A stretch of DNA of 64,000 nucleotides, from assembly GCA_002633005.1 (NCBI GenBank), contig NMRA01000194.1, positions 78,983 to 142,982 on the forward strand, in the 5' to 3' direction. Below, one piece after another: positions 1-12,682 of the stretch. This DNA comes from Phoronis australis (Eukaryota; Animalia; Phoronida). Both the position numbers and the translations under genes were made by a program. The notes beneath the pieces are model-generated. The model searched no databases, was not told the DNA's origin, and saw only the letters and a program-made list of their open reading frames with translations. Each line of letters opens with the position of its first letter. The first letter of the stretch is position 1.

Positions 1-84
1 CACGACTGTCAGTGACTTTGTGTTCACGAATACAAGTTTTTACATCAATATAAAACCTCACCCCAAGTCATTAGTTTCATCAGT

Positions 85-600
85 AGATGTTTTGCCGTTT
101 TGATCTCGTGCTCACGGTGCACTTTACCCACCGACTCGATTTCTGTTATCCATTTCGTGGTTGGTTTCTTGATATCAGTCTCCCCGGCCCGTGGTCATGT
201 GTATCACAATGAACTGTTGACCTACTTACAGCTGACATTTGACCTAGTTTGACTCGATGTACGTAAAAACCTCACGTACATAATTAAAACATTTCAGTGA
301 CAATTTAGTTAATTACGCACTGCAAAGTCAGTTGAAACTGCGAGTGAATGTTGAAATAACGAACATGGTTAAGGCATGTAAAAATTATAATGACCAAAAT
401 AAGCTTTCACTGAAGAATTAATGGAAAAGCGTCAGATTGTCACGACTCCCGACGTTTTCTGCTTTTTCTCGGCTTCGGCAAATCGACTTGAATTGCATAA
501 GGGGCATCAGTTCTCGGTGGATTTCAAAGCAATTCCCCAGTTTTAATGTTTATTATCTCAAAAACACGAGTAGTACTTTTAAACCCCTAGCTTTATTGTG
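85..600. repeat. Dispersed repeat, probably a non-autonomous DNA transposon piece; diverged inverted copy at about 55960-56485
   Basis: Segments such as 'ttttgccgttttgatctcgtgctcacg', 'gagtgaatgttgaaataacgaacatggttaaggcatgta' and 'ggcttcggcaaatcgactt' match the reverse complement of 56040-56485 in collinear order. Boundaries are approximate. Confidence 0.7.
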
Positions 601-2440
601 CTGCACTGAATACGACCGTTTTTTGTAGGAATGCCCTGCGTCGTGAGATTTAATTTGGCGTAGAAAGCAAACGTTTTGAGAGATATCTGCAAGTTTCATT
701 TTTAGAAGGTTTAGTTCGACTAAAGTGTAGTTGTGATATAAATGTACCTTTGTAAAAATGGAATATTTTACTTACAAAGGGGGCCACGTTATAATAACAA
801 TGACACTACTTGGGTCTAAAGTGTATCTTTATAATCCCTGATCGTCAATCTTTCAGAAAATTCACACTTTTAGAGGTTGACCGAGCCTAGTTTTTTATGG
901 TAAGTAATTATGAATTAACGTAAGTAAGATCCTACATAGACGGCACGTATATGGACGCATAACACACAGTTGCAATATGCTACGGTATTCAAAATATATG
1001 ACCGAGGGAATGATCATAAAAGCCGATTTTTTCTGAAATGAGACTATCTAATTTAGTCTGAAAGTGTGCGGAACGGTTCCGCACTTTTTATATCCACCTA
1101 GGGCCATAAAAAATGGTATGAAACAAATGTATACCTTACCCTAAACATGTTTACAATGTTACATTTTTGTTTCCTCAATTAGCATTTTCTTAATTAGAAG
1201 TTCAATTCTTGCCATGCAGAATATTCCGCAGATTTGCAGAATATTACGCAGATTTTGCGGAATATTACGCATATTGCAGAATACTGCAGAAGTTTTGTGG
1301 AATACTGTGACTTGCAAAATATTATGTATATTTTGTGGAATCACAATCAAAATAATAATTTAATTTTGAAATCAATGTGACAATTCCAGAAGGGTTCCAC
1401 AAACAGAAAAGTTTAGCACAGGAATAAAATTTTTAATTTTCTCCAAGCCCAATAAACTTGAATTACATTCTATTCTCAATAGCACTTGAGAGTATAATGT
1501 GCCCACTCTCAATAATCAATGTGACGGTTGCAGAATGGTTCCACATGCGGAACGGTTCCGCAAACAGAATAGTTTTTTAGAGAACTCATTCTTTTAATTC
1601 TCATGACCAATAAAGGTAAAATGCAATACATAATTAATACCACTTCAAAGTATCAATGTGACAATCCCAATAATAATTACTTGATCAATGTGACAGTTGC
1701 AGAACCGTTCCGCATACGGAACGTACCGCTTGCGTAAACATTCCGCATGGGGAGATTTCCCAAACAGAATGGTTTTGCTGGGTATTTGATTTCACCAATC
1801 AACTTAAAATGCATTCCATTCTCATTGCCACTTGAAAGTATCGATGAGACAACCTTAGCAGTAATTAATTGATCAATGTGACAGTTGCGGAGCGGTTCTG
1901 CATGCGGAACCGTTCCGCAAATATGTTTCGTGGACCTCACAATTTTTAAAAAAAATTCTTGCAGATTTCAGTTGAAATATATTCTATTCTCAATAGCATA
2001 TGAAAATATCAATTTATCAACATGAACAATGAATAATCAGTGGGGAACTTGCTGAATGATTTCTGATGCAGAAACCTACCTCAAGCAGACTCTGGAAAAG
2101 TTGACCTCTTGTCTATGCCATTTTACCGCTTTTGGTAGAACGTTAACACAAGCCATAAAATATTCGAATCTCAAAGGCGAAGGCAACCATTTTCCATGTC
2201 ATTTTGAGGTAAAATAAGGTTGGTTGGTTATCCTAGACATATTTTCCACTTAATTACAGCTTTTCGTAATTTTATTAATTACTCGTCCGCTACTCCGGAA
2301 GTGACGTTTTAGGAGGCAATCATTTCGCGCCAATTTCTTTTTATATAGTCTGACTGTGAGAGCTGCCGAGTCAATCATTGTTTTACCTCAGTTGTGTTAA
2401 GTTCCATCCATCGTTTGCTTTCATTTACTAATCAGTCAAC

Positions 2441-3124
2441 ATGCCACACTGTTGCTGCTTACCAGGATGTACTAACTATCGGCTCACGCGCGCTTTGGGA
2501 GTACCTTTGCATCGCTTTTCGATGGATGACACACTTCGCCGTACTTGGCTCGTTCGTGTGAAGAACGAAGCGTTACCCGTTCACGCAACGTACAAAGCAG
2601 TGGAGAATTACCGTGTGTGTGGCAAGCACTTTCTGCCGTCCGATTACGAAAGGGATTTGTACGCTGAACTGATGAAGGTCCCTGCGAAACAACGTCTGAA
2701 GAAGGATGCCATTCCGCCTGTGTTGATACCCGGCAGTGCCTCGTCGCCATCCCCGAGAAGTGCGTATTTGAAGCGAGAAGCCTCGCGAGCTGTGGCCAGT
2801 ACAGTGACTGGAGCCAGTGGAGGCACTTCATCTACTGTCACTCGTGCCTCCGAACGTACCCCAGAGCGTGCAATTCCTGGAACCAGTAGTGATTCGCCCT
2901 GTGCTGTTTTCTCCACCCCAGAGCCTCTAAGCAGCACTGTAGCGATACTGAGTAGTGGGAGTGATAACAGGCTCAGTGGACACCCAGTGAAGAGGACAGT
3001 TCGTGGTCCACTGAACAGATCGGTGAGCCAAACTTTGATAAGTTTATTGTGGACTTGTCTAAAGTGTTGGAGCTATTTAGAAGGTGCCAGGTGTGTGGCG
3101 AGGGAGTCAAACGACACGGTGTAA
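2441..3124 (+). CDS. THAP-domain N-terminal fragment of a Kolobok transposase (truncated, no DDE domain)
   Basis: THAP C2CH signature CCCLPGC...LHRF...W...VCGKHF...LKKDAIPPV. A frameshifted continuation (~3030-3220, LELFRRCQVCG...ECVAGH..W) resembles the zinc finger that precedes the Kolobok DDE core. Confidence 0.8.
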   Translation: MPHCCCLPGCTNYRLTRALGVPLHRFSMDDTLRRTWLVRVKNEALPVHATYKAVENYRVCGKHFLPSDYERDLYAELMKVPAKQRLKKDAIPPVLIPGSASSPSPRSAYLKREASRAVASTVTGASGGTSSTVTRASERTPERAIPGTSSDSPCAVFSTPEPLSSTVAILSSGSDNRLSGHPVKRTVRGPLNRSVSQTLISLLWTCLKCWSYLEGARCVARESNDTV

Positions 3125-3229
3125 GAAGTTTGGGTGCTCAGATCACCATCCAGTGGGAGTGTGTCGCGGGACACCTCTGGCAAGTGGGACAGTTGTTCCT
3201 CTGTCCGTGGTATACCGGAGGTCCACTTT

Positions 3230-3495
3230 ACCATGTCCAGTATTGGCTTGGCCTCGTCGAACTCTGAACAGCACAAGCATTCCATTGAGGTAGGCATAAC
3301 AACGCACACAGTGCATTTGCACCAAGATGTGTCACCACGTCTGTCCTCAGTAGCCGCCTCGTTTCTCTCAAAAGCTGCCTGTGCCTGTGCATACTCTGCC
3401 TCGTTATACTCGGGCTCAAACATGTACCCGCCCACTGAATGTCCGTGAAAAAATTCCTCGTCACCACTGCTGTGAACAAGGTCTTCGTCACTCAC
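3230..3495 (-). pseudogene. KolX accessory protein N-terminus (P2X7 ballast-like Cys-rich zinc domain), truncated
   Basis: YMFEPEY...WCKCTVCVVMPTSMECLCCSE motif in ORF 3073-3495(-), convergent with THAP as in Kolobok. The remainder of the ORF runs antisense through the transposase remnant. Confidence 0.8.
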
Positions 3496-5529
3496 ACTAC
3501 TGTCACTGCGATACGGTCACTGACTCCAGCCATTTTCAGCTTACAACACATTAAACAATCCCTAAATCCAACGTAGTTGAGTTCTCTACTAACCTATCTT
3601 GCCGCAGAATACTCGCCGATGGAAAGTGGTGGCGACAATTGTTGAAAAACAGCACAAAACAAAAGTAGAATAGAACAGATTCGCACGGTAAAGTCAACGC
3701 AAAATCAAGTGGCGGGAAACGCTTGCCTCCTAAAACGTCACTTCCGGAGTAGCGGACGAGTAAATTACGAAAAGCTGTAATTAAGTGGAAAATATGTCTA
3801 GGATAACCAACCAACCTTATTTTAGCTCAAAATGACATGGAAAAAGGTTGCCTTCGCCTTTAACGTGCAACAAGCACTCAACATAAAAGTATCAGAATTT
3901 CTACCCTAACAATAATTAATTAATAAAAGTGACAGTTGCGGAACCGTTCCGCGAGCGGAACCGTTCCGCGTGCGGAATCGTTCCGCGTGCGGAACCGTTC
4001 CGCTTGGGGAACGATTTCCCAAACAGAATGGTTTTGTGTTGTATTTGTTTTTTCAAATAATTTAAAATGCATTCCATTCTCAATACCGCTTGAAAGTATC
4101 AATGTGACAGTACTAACAATAATTAGTTGTTCAATGTGATTGTTGCGGAATGGTTCCGCATGCAGAGCTGTTCCGCAAACAATTGTTTGTGGAGCTCACA
4201 ATTTGTGTAATTTTCTTCTTGTGCATTGAAATTCATTCTATTCTCTATTACAAATCATTGTGTCAACATGAACAACGATTAATCAGTGGGGAACTTGCTG
4301 AATGATTTGTGATGCATAAACCTAATTCTAGCAGACTCGGGAAAAACTGACCTCCTGTCTATGCCATTTTACCGCTTTTGGTAGAACGTCAACACCAGCC
4401 ACGGAATATTCAAATCTTAATGTGCAACAACATAAAACATAAATGTATCAGCATTGCTACCCTAACAATAATTAATAAACGGGTCAGTTATGGAACCATT
4501 CGGCATGCGGCATCGTTCTGCGTGCAGAACCGTTCCGCATGGGGATCGATTTCCCAAACAGAATGGTTTTGTGGGGTATTTGTTTAGCCTAATAAGGTTA
4601 AAATGCATCCCATTCTCAATACCACTTGAAAGTATAACAATAATTAGTTGATCAATGTGACTTTTGCGGAATGGTTCTGTATGCAGAAGAGTTACGCTAA
4701 CAATGGTTTTGTGGATCTCACATTTTTTTTAATTCCATGGCATTTTTGATTTTAGAACATTAGACAAACCCCTCTGAAATCAACCATTTGTTGAGTATTT
4801 TTATGATAAAAATTGCGGAAACTTATTTTGAGCATCCCTAATAATCATAATTAAACTTGCATAATCAGCGTATGCTTAAATTTTGTTCATGTACAACAAC
4901 CTTTGAACAGTTGTCATGTGAAAACAAATTAAAATTCAAAAATCAGATGAGTTTAATTGGTACACTGTGTAATTTGAGTGTGCACACAGTATCAAGTACA
5001 CTCTGACTCACATTTCCGTGTTTGCAGAAACACGGCGTTTATGTATGTCTCACGACTTAATAGAATATACAAGAAATAAAAATCGCAAAAACACCTCTAT
5101 TGCCTCAGGGCGTGGGACGAGGGGGTCATGGGTCAAGCATTTTTTATTAATTGTTTACCGATTTTAGCAGAAAAAATAAAAATAACATTCTTTCATGATC
5201 GCTTCCAACTTGGCCTGCTTTGACTACTTTATACAAATTTTGGCAATTTTGCATTTCCTCAAAAGCTGGAAAATCAGGGGAGCAGAAACAAAAAGGTGTC
5301 AGTGGGAACTGTCGTTATTTTCCAAAATCCAGAAAGGTGGTCAATCTAAACCAAGGTTTTATGTAAGGTAACTTGCATAACGGGGCTCAGCAGTTTTGAT
5401 TTTTGATAGATTTTTTGTAACTTTTTATAATTTGTATTTTGGTTTTAGTCTGCTACAAATCTAATCACATTTGTTTTTGGACAAAATATGAGTGCGAACT
5501 TTAAAATTAGTGCAGATGTAAACAAAGAC

Positions 5530-7830
5530 TCACTGTAAAGACACAAACAGTGCTGTTCTTTATCCAAAAGCCATCTAGTGGCACTATAGACTTCTCTGGT
5601 GTTCAAGTGTTAGACAAGGATAATAATGCCACCCTCATTCTCCTCTTAAAGGAGATATGTATACACTGTTGAATCATGCTGAGCACTATTTCAATAAAAC
5701 ATTGATTCATTTGAGCTCCAACTGTTATGATTTCTGGTCTTTCCCCTCACAATGCATTTTGAGGTGTGCCTGTAGAGTCTATTCTCCACCTATGTCACCT
5801 GATTGAATAATGTGAACTTTTGTTTTGAGAATGGTTTATAGTGACTATTAACTGAAAGGCTGATCAAGATGTTCACATACGCGCTAATTTTAAATTTGTA
5901 CTACAAATCTATAATAAAAAGTGGGGGCCACTCATTAGTTTTCCCCCATGTGAGCGAACAGGGGTACCTTCGGCAAAATGTGAGAATTCATCTCTGATCA
6001 AATTAGTGCTTGCAATCCTCTTGAAAATGGTATCGTTTCATTGCAGGATGTCAATTTTATATTGCAACGGCTTCAATAATATTTCCCGGTTAAATGGTTT
6101 TCTTACATCAGTGTTAGAGCACATTTTTCCGTGATTTTGGGTACCTCAGAATTGAGCATTTTGGCTCCTATGTAAAAATTTAATCGAAAAAACTCTTTTA
6201 AATTTTTTCATTAATGTTCTGTGTATATGCAATGACATGAGCAAAAAGTAGGGTCCCCGAATTAGTTTTCAAGCTGCAGGTATCTTAGCTCAAACAGAAA
6301 ATTCACTTTCTCAAAAATATGCTAAATTTCACAACGACAGCTTCTATTCATCACATAATGATTTTGTCCTATTGATGGGAATGCGAAAACCGAAGCTAAA
6401 GGGAATAAACTAACGAAACAAATTTCTTCGTAAATGAATTAAAATTTGCTGATCTTCAATTTAAGATGCACACATGTATAACGTCTACTCTTTTGTTTGT
6501 TATAGAATTTATTTACGAATGCCGAGTAGAAAGTAAAAATAGTACCATTTGAATGACCACGTGATTCAATAGCCTAAAGGATGGTAAAATATTGTTCTTG
6601 TTAAACAAGTTTTGATGTGCAAAAATGCGGCTGCCATAGTTTTGGGTTCTCCTTCAGCAGATTCCACAATATAGAACAAAAACAATTGCCAAAGTTGCCA
6701 TTTTTTTAGTTTAACAAGTATTGAAGTAAATGTTTTCATCCTTTTTACTTTTGTTGAAAAATTTGACAAAATAAAATTTTACTGTTCCACCATATTGCAT
6801 TATAAATTGAGGAATCTTTACTTCAATGTATAGAGAGCCTATCACTCTAGCCAAGGTGTGGAAAATCTTTCTTGGCCACTGAAGTTAACCCAATCTCCTG
6901 CTGTCCTCTGGTAATGTGATGCAAACAGAGCAATAAATGGTCAGTACAGCTTGGAGGTCAACCAGTGTGTCAACTGGTTTATAACAGTTAAACTTTGATT
7001 CAGAGATTTTGAGATTGTACACCTAGAAATTAGGAGCCTGGTGAAAAGCAATGCTGTTATGCAGAGGTTTAAAGATGGTAAAAAGTAAAAGTGAAAAGAA
7101 AGAAAAAAATACAAATTTATCAAGAACAACAAATTTCAGAATAAACGAATCCTCAAATATAACACATGACTTGAATCTAAAGCATACAGTGCTTTTGTGA
7201 CAAACTTGTTCACTGTTTTGGGTACTACAATTGCTTATACTGGTATGAAAAATGTCCGTGAAAAATCCAGCGTAGATCCGTGAACTTAAATTTTAAGAAG
7301 TTTTTATGCACCTAAAATACTTTAATTCTAAGGTGATTGCATTAGCATTAAATGATCAAGTTCTAAGAAAAAATGAACAATGACCTAGCAGTGTACTTGA
7401 ACATATTGTTAAGAATATCTGATTAGTTGCTTAAATTTGCTATGATCCCTCTTCGTGAGTGACTGTCTATTCTCAAGCAGTTTTTAGTAGACCTGGCAAA
7501 GCCAACAATGCAGGGTATTAAGTGATGTTATCAGACTTGGCCTGAGCTAGCTAATTCGATTACATAACTGGATACCACTATGGGGACAGTACTGGTTTTG
7601 AAATGAAATAGGGATGGTCAACTACCATTAGATATGACTGCTGAATTGCATATCTGATCCATATGAAAGTCTAGACTCATCAGCATCAATCAGTTTCACA
7701 ACAGGCTAGTAGTTCATTTGCCACTTGCAATGTTAGTTTTTTCACTCTCATTAATGTTATCACCAGAATTAGTGAAGGTGGTGTGGGGTACCCATGTCAG
7801 TTCTTGTAGTCTGTCTTAAGTAAACAAAAT
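5530..7830 (-). pseudogene. Possible heavily decayed, intron-split AcademH/DUF6589-like transposase
   Basis: Manual minus-strand translation gives, in the expected order, GDNIN (~7765), ...RRLG...DF.H (~6860-6900), ILWNLL...QNLFNKNN (~6590-6670) and MIQQ...NT*TPEKSIVPLD (~5575-5680). Many stops and frameshifts; motif recall only. Confidence 0.4.
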
Positions 7831-10800
7831 TTGAGAAATTTCACTCACTCACTCTTACAGACATTCACACACATAATTTGAAAATGGTGATAACAAACAT
7901 AATAAAATACCAATAATAATTACACCAATAATAATAACACCTGGTAATTCTAATATTACTAATAATAATTAGAACAATAAAAACATGTAATAACTACTGC
8001 TATAGCTACTATTTAAATGGCAGAGAAAACTGAGACTGTTGGGCTCTATAAATGAAAAATTATTATACCCCTATGGATATGGAATTGTGTGGTATTCAAA
8101 AGGCGTGGGTAATGAGCTTCGATTTTTAAAAGAATTTCGACAGCGTTGTATAGATATAGAAAATCAAATGTGGCAAGAAGCTGTAAATTAGATACATAGC
8201 AATTTTCAAATTACATCTTAAAAAGGAAAATATTAGACATAGAGAAACCGTGTATGAGGTCTCCACCGGCACATATTTGATGCACAAATCATTCACTGAT
8301 GATAGAATGACAACTGGGACAAAATTTTGAATGCTGAGAGAAGTTAAACTTCCTTCAAGTTGTGACATTCGAAAAATTGAAAACAAGTACCTGACTTTTT
8401 AATTGTGTCCCCAGGCCTCAGAATCTAAGTTTTAAGATTCCAGTTGTCTCTTGAGAACTGACCATATATTTTTCAAAAGTTATGCAATCAAATGAAGAGA
8501 TGTAAGTGTATAAGAAATGTTGTGAAGTTCATGTTTTTGCTTATAAGTGTAAATTGTCTGTACTAAACGTTGATTGAATGTGAACATAATAATAATGATG
8601 ATGAGCTCCACAAAGCCATTGTTTCTCGAACCATTCTGCTTGCGGAACAAATCCGCAACAGTCACATTGATTAACTTATCATTGTTAGGATTGTCACGTT
8701 GATACTTTCAAGTGGTATTGAGAATGGGATGCATTTTAACTGTATTGGGCAAAACGAAAACCCGGGCAAAACCATTCTGTGTGGAAAATCGTTCCGCATG
8801 CGAAACGGTTCCGCAACTGTCACATTTATTGAATAATTATTGTTAGGGTAGAAATTCTGATACATTCATGTTTATGCTTGTTGCACGTTAAGATTTGAAT
8901 ATTTCCTGGCTTGTGTTAAATTCTACCATAAGCGGTTAAATGGCATAGTCAAAATGTCAATTTTTCCCGAGTCAGCTTGAGGTAGGCTTCTACATCACAA
9001 ATCATTCAGCAAGTTCCCCACTGATTAATTATGGTTCGTGTTGACACATTGGTATATCCATGTGTTATTGCCAATAGAATGTATTTCAATTTTAATTCGC
9101 AAGCATCAATTTAAAAAAAATGTGAGCTCCACAAAACCATTGTTTTCGGAACGGTGTCGTAACTGTCACATTGACCACCTAATTATTGTTAGGATTGTCA
9201 AATTGATACTTTCAAGTGGCATTGATAATAGAATGCATGTTAAGTTGATTGGGAAAAACAAATACCCCGCAAAACCATTCTGTTTGGGAAATCGCTCCCC
9301 ATGCGAAATTTTTCTGCATGCGGAACTGTTCTGCAACTGTCACTTTTATTAATTAATTATTGTTAGGGTAGAAATTCTGTTACTTTTATGTTTAATGCTT
9401 GTTTCACGTTAAGATTCGAATATTTCATGGCTTGTGTTAATGTTCTACCAAAAGCGGTAAAATGGCATAGACAAGATGTCAATTTTTCCCGAGTCTGCTT
9501 GAGGTAGGCTTCTTCATCACAAACCATTCAGCAAGTTCCCCACTGATCAATCATTGTTCATGTTGACACATTGATATTTCCATATGCTATTTAAATAGAA
9601 TATATTTCAACTGAAATGTGCAAGAAATTTTTTTTTTAAATTGTGAGGTCCACAAAACTTGTTTGCGGAACGGTTCCGCATGCGGAACGGTTCCGCAATT
9701 GTCACATTGATCAAGTAATTATTATTGTTAGGATAGTCACATTGATAATTTGAAGTGGTATTGATTATGGAATGCCTTTTACCTTTATTGGTCATGAGAA
9801 TTAAAAAATTGAGTTCTCCAAAAAACTGTTCTGTTTGCGGAACCGTTCCGCATGTGGAACCATTCTGCAACCGTCACATTGATTAATTATTGAGAGTGGG
9901 CACATTATACTCTCAAGTGCTATTGAGAATGGAATGTAATTCAAGTTTATTGGGTGGGGGAGAAAATTAAAAATTTTAGTCCTGTGCTAAACTTTTTTGT
10001 TTGTGCAACCCTTCTGGAGCTGTCACATTGATTTTTAAAAATGATTATTTTGATTATTATTCCACAAAATATACATAATATTTCGCAAGTCATAGTGTTT
10101 CACAAAATTTGCGCAGTATTCTGCAATATGCGTAATATTCCGAAAAATCTGCATAATATTCCGCAAAATCTGCGTAATATTCCTCAGATGTGCGGAATAC
10201 TCCGCAAATCTGCGTAATATTGCGCACTAAGTGCGGAATTTTTCGCAGTCAGTGCGGAATATTCCGCATGGCAAAAATTGAACTTCTAATTAAGAAAATG
10301 CTAATTGAGGAAATAAAAATGTAACATTGCAAACATGTTTAGGGTAAGGTATAGATTTGTTTTATACCATTTTTATGGCCTTAGGTGGATATAAAAAAGT
10401 GCGGAACCGTTCCGCACACTTTGAGATTAAATTGCCTTATAATAATTTAAATATAGACCTATACTGAGGGTCATTTCAGGTCACATGACCAATAAGCTGA
10501 TTAGAAAAAGGGATCTGCGCAGTGTCACTATAAACCCGTCACAGATATTGGTGGTTTGGTTGATAGAGGGGCAGACGCCAAAAACAGATCAGATAACAGA
10601 AAAAATGGCCACTCGATGGTGCAAATTACGTCGAATTCATCGGAAAACGAGAAAATGTCTTCTTTCCTTTAATATAAAGTTTTTGTCAACTTTCATAAAA
10701 CTCCGTCAACGAACTTCAGGGCAACAGAAGAAAATGGAAAAAATTAAATTGCCGTTATGGGGCACAGCATCCGTCGGATACGTCCAAAAGTCGTCTTTTC

Positions 10801-12329
10801 CCGTGGTCACCTTCATATAAATACACTTGCTAAATTCAATAAAGATCCTACAGAGGGTTTAGGAGATACAGCTATAGGGGAAACAAACCTGCCACTACGA
10901 GGCGCCACAGCAGTAGAAGTCATCGGAAAATCATCGTTAGCAGTCCTCTTCACAGTAGAACATATATGACAATTTTCACATCTATTCTTAGAGTGGTTTA
11001 TTATGTATGGATGCCCAACGGCCCCAACGGAAGGGACATTAAAACTATGCAATAAGTTAGAAACTGAAATATTTTGAAATGTAATGAGCCAATTGAGCAA
11101 TTGTGACCAGGCGTATTTTTTCGAAAATAATTCATCGCAGCAATTATAATCAATGTTCAAATCCAAAATGTCCCCTCCGTTACAAAAAGGGTGGGAAAGG
11201 TTTATCTCCATAATCAATGAGTGACGTTGAGTCCATGATAATCGCTAAACTATTGATGCTTTGACCTCTATGTGACTGGAGACAACAATAAACGAAGACA
11301 TTTTTTCACTTTCGTTCCCTTAGAAAAAACGTAATGAAGGGGACAAAATGTAACACGAGGACAACTTGCAGAGGAAAGGGGATATGAGTTATTAATGATC
11401 ATTGTCAAGTAAGAAATCTAAGTGCTGTGTTTTTTGGCCAAATACAAGTGTGCATTATGGCAGGGCATCAGAAGTGGTAAACCAGCACATGTAAAATTTT
11501 TAACTCTAAAATAGAAAATAAAGTATGGCAATTGTACATAAACTGTGTCACTTAAGCATACAGATGACTGGTTTTCATGTTTTGTTTGAGAAACAGTTGT
11601 TTCTAAACTGTTGATTAATTTTTCACGGGTGAGGATTTTGGTATCCCTCTACCAATTTTGACTGAGTTTGCCCTGGGATGTGTGGATATCCATCCTTTTA
11701 GACAGTCATTGTGATAACAGACCACCCTTTTAGAGAGTTAGCACGATTAACGGGGACCCATTTGTTGAGGGCCTCTATGAAAAAGTTAACCATTTATAGT
11801 GTGTTTTCCCCAAAGGTTTTAGGCGTAGTAGACTGCTTTTTATTGAATTAAAATTTGATTAAATTCGCGCGTGGGCTGTAGTCTTTAACAACAATAACTC
11901 TGATATGGGATTCTAATATTACCTAAATGGGCTCTTCATAGAGCTCCTAACTCATCAAGTGAACCATTTCATAGATAAATTAATTGGTAAAGTCACCCTT
12001 CCGTTGTGGTACTTCGCCACCAAAAACCAGCATTCAGAGTAACGCGCCACTTATACACCACCTAGCAAAGTAACCTTGGACAGTTCATTTTGTATCGAAT
12101 CACTAATCATAATTTGAACTGCAATGTCCATATAAAACAAATAATTAACCAAATACTACAAAGATCTGTGCAAAATAAAACGCGGAAGGAACCTATAGAA
12201 ATGTATTTAGTCTCTTGCGATTTTAAGGTCACTGCCTATGCCTTCGTTGCAGAGGCCCATGTTTTTTTCGAATCCTTGGAAATCAAGAAAGTCGATAATG
12301 TGAACAAAGGTGTTGCTCGAGGGTAGTAA

Positions 12330-12537
12330 ATTCTGTTTATTTTGTCTATTAGCTACAAAAAGCTGCCTGGGATTCGTTTAAGGCCTTTGAGCCCTACATG
12401 TCTCCTGTCAAAAATCAAGACCTCGATTTTCTGTGAAAAGTTCGGAGGTCATGATTTTTACAGTCGAGTTTTCGGGATAAATTGTCTTAAAAAAGCCCAC
12501 TAAGCGTCTTGTAGCTAATAGACCAAATAAACAGAAT
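12330..12537. mobile_element. MITE-like inverted repeat
   Basis: ATTCTGTTTATTTTGTCTATTAGCTACAA at the left and TTGTAGCTAATAGACCAAATAAACAGAAT at the right form a 29-bp inverted repeat with one mismatch. Confidence 0.65.
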
Positions 12538-12682
12538 CTGCAAATAAATTAGAAAATTTTAACGTCTGTGTATGTCATCGCGGTCTCTAGGTCGCACTCG
12601 GGCCGAAATCAAAATGTCAGAAATCGCTGAAAAGCGTCGCGAGACAATCTGAGGGCTTCAGTCGCTTATTTCATTAAAGTAC

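Larger units (their letters stand above)
2175..3859 (+). mobile_element. Kolobok DNA transposon, internally deleted (non-autonomous)
   Basis: About 150-bp TIRs start AGGCGAAGGCAACC (2175) and end GGTTGCCTTCGCCT (3859). Flanks are TCAA and TTAA, and the empty TTAA site is visible in the opposite arm of the host element (9409-9412). It carries convergent THAP and KolX-like ORFs. Confidence 0.9.
1054..10429. mobile_element. Large foldback-type DNA transposon, probably Academ superfamily, with about 1.9-kb internally repetitive TIRs
   Basis: The left end TAGTCTGAAAGTGTGCGGAACGGTTCCGCAC (1054) is the inverse of the right end GTGCGGAACCGTTCCGCACACTTTGAGATTA (10429). AATT flanks both sides (1050-1053, 10430-10433). 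Arm homology runs 1054-2174 plus 3864-~4730 against ~8600-10429, built from about 500-bp modules rich in CGGAACNGTTCCG and TCAATGTGACA. Confidence 0.85.

Noticed and set aside
1159-10330. Short ORFs in the foldback arms (e.g. 1677-1940, 3920-4139, 9038-9352, 9607-9870)
   Set aside because: These are translations of palindromic DNA repeats with no protein motifs.
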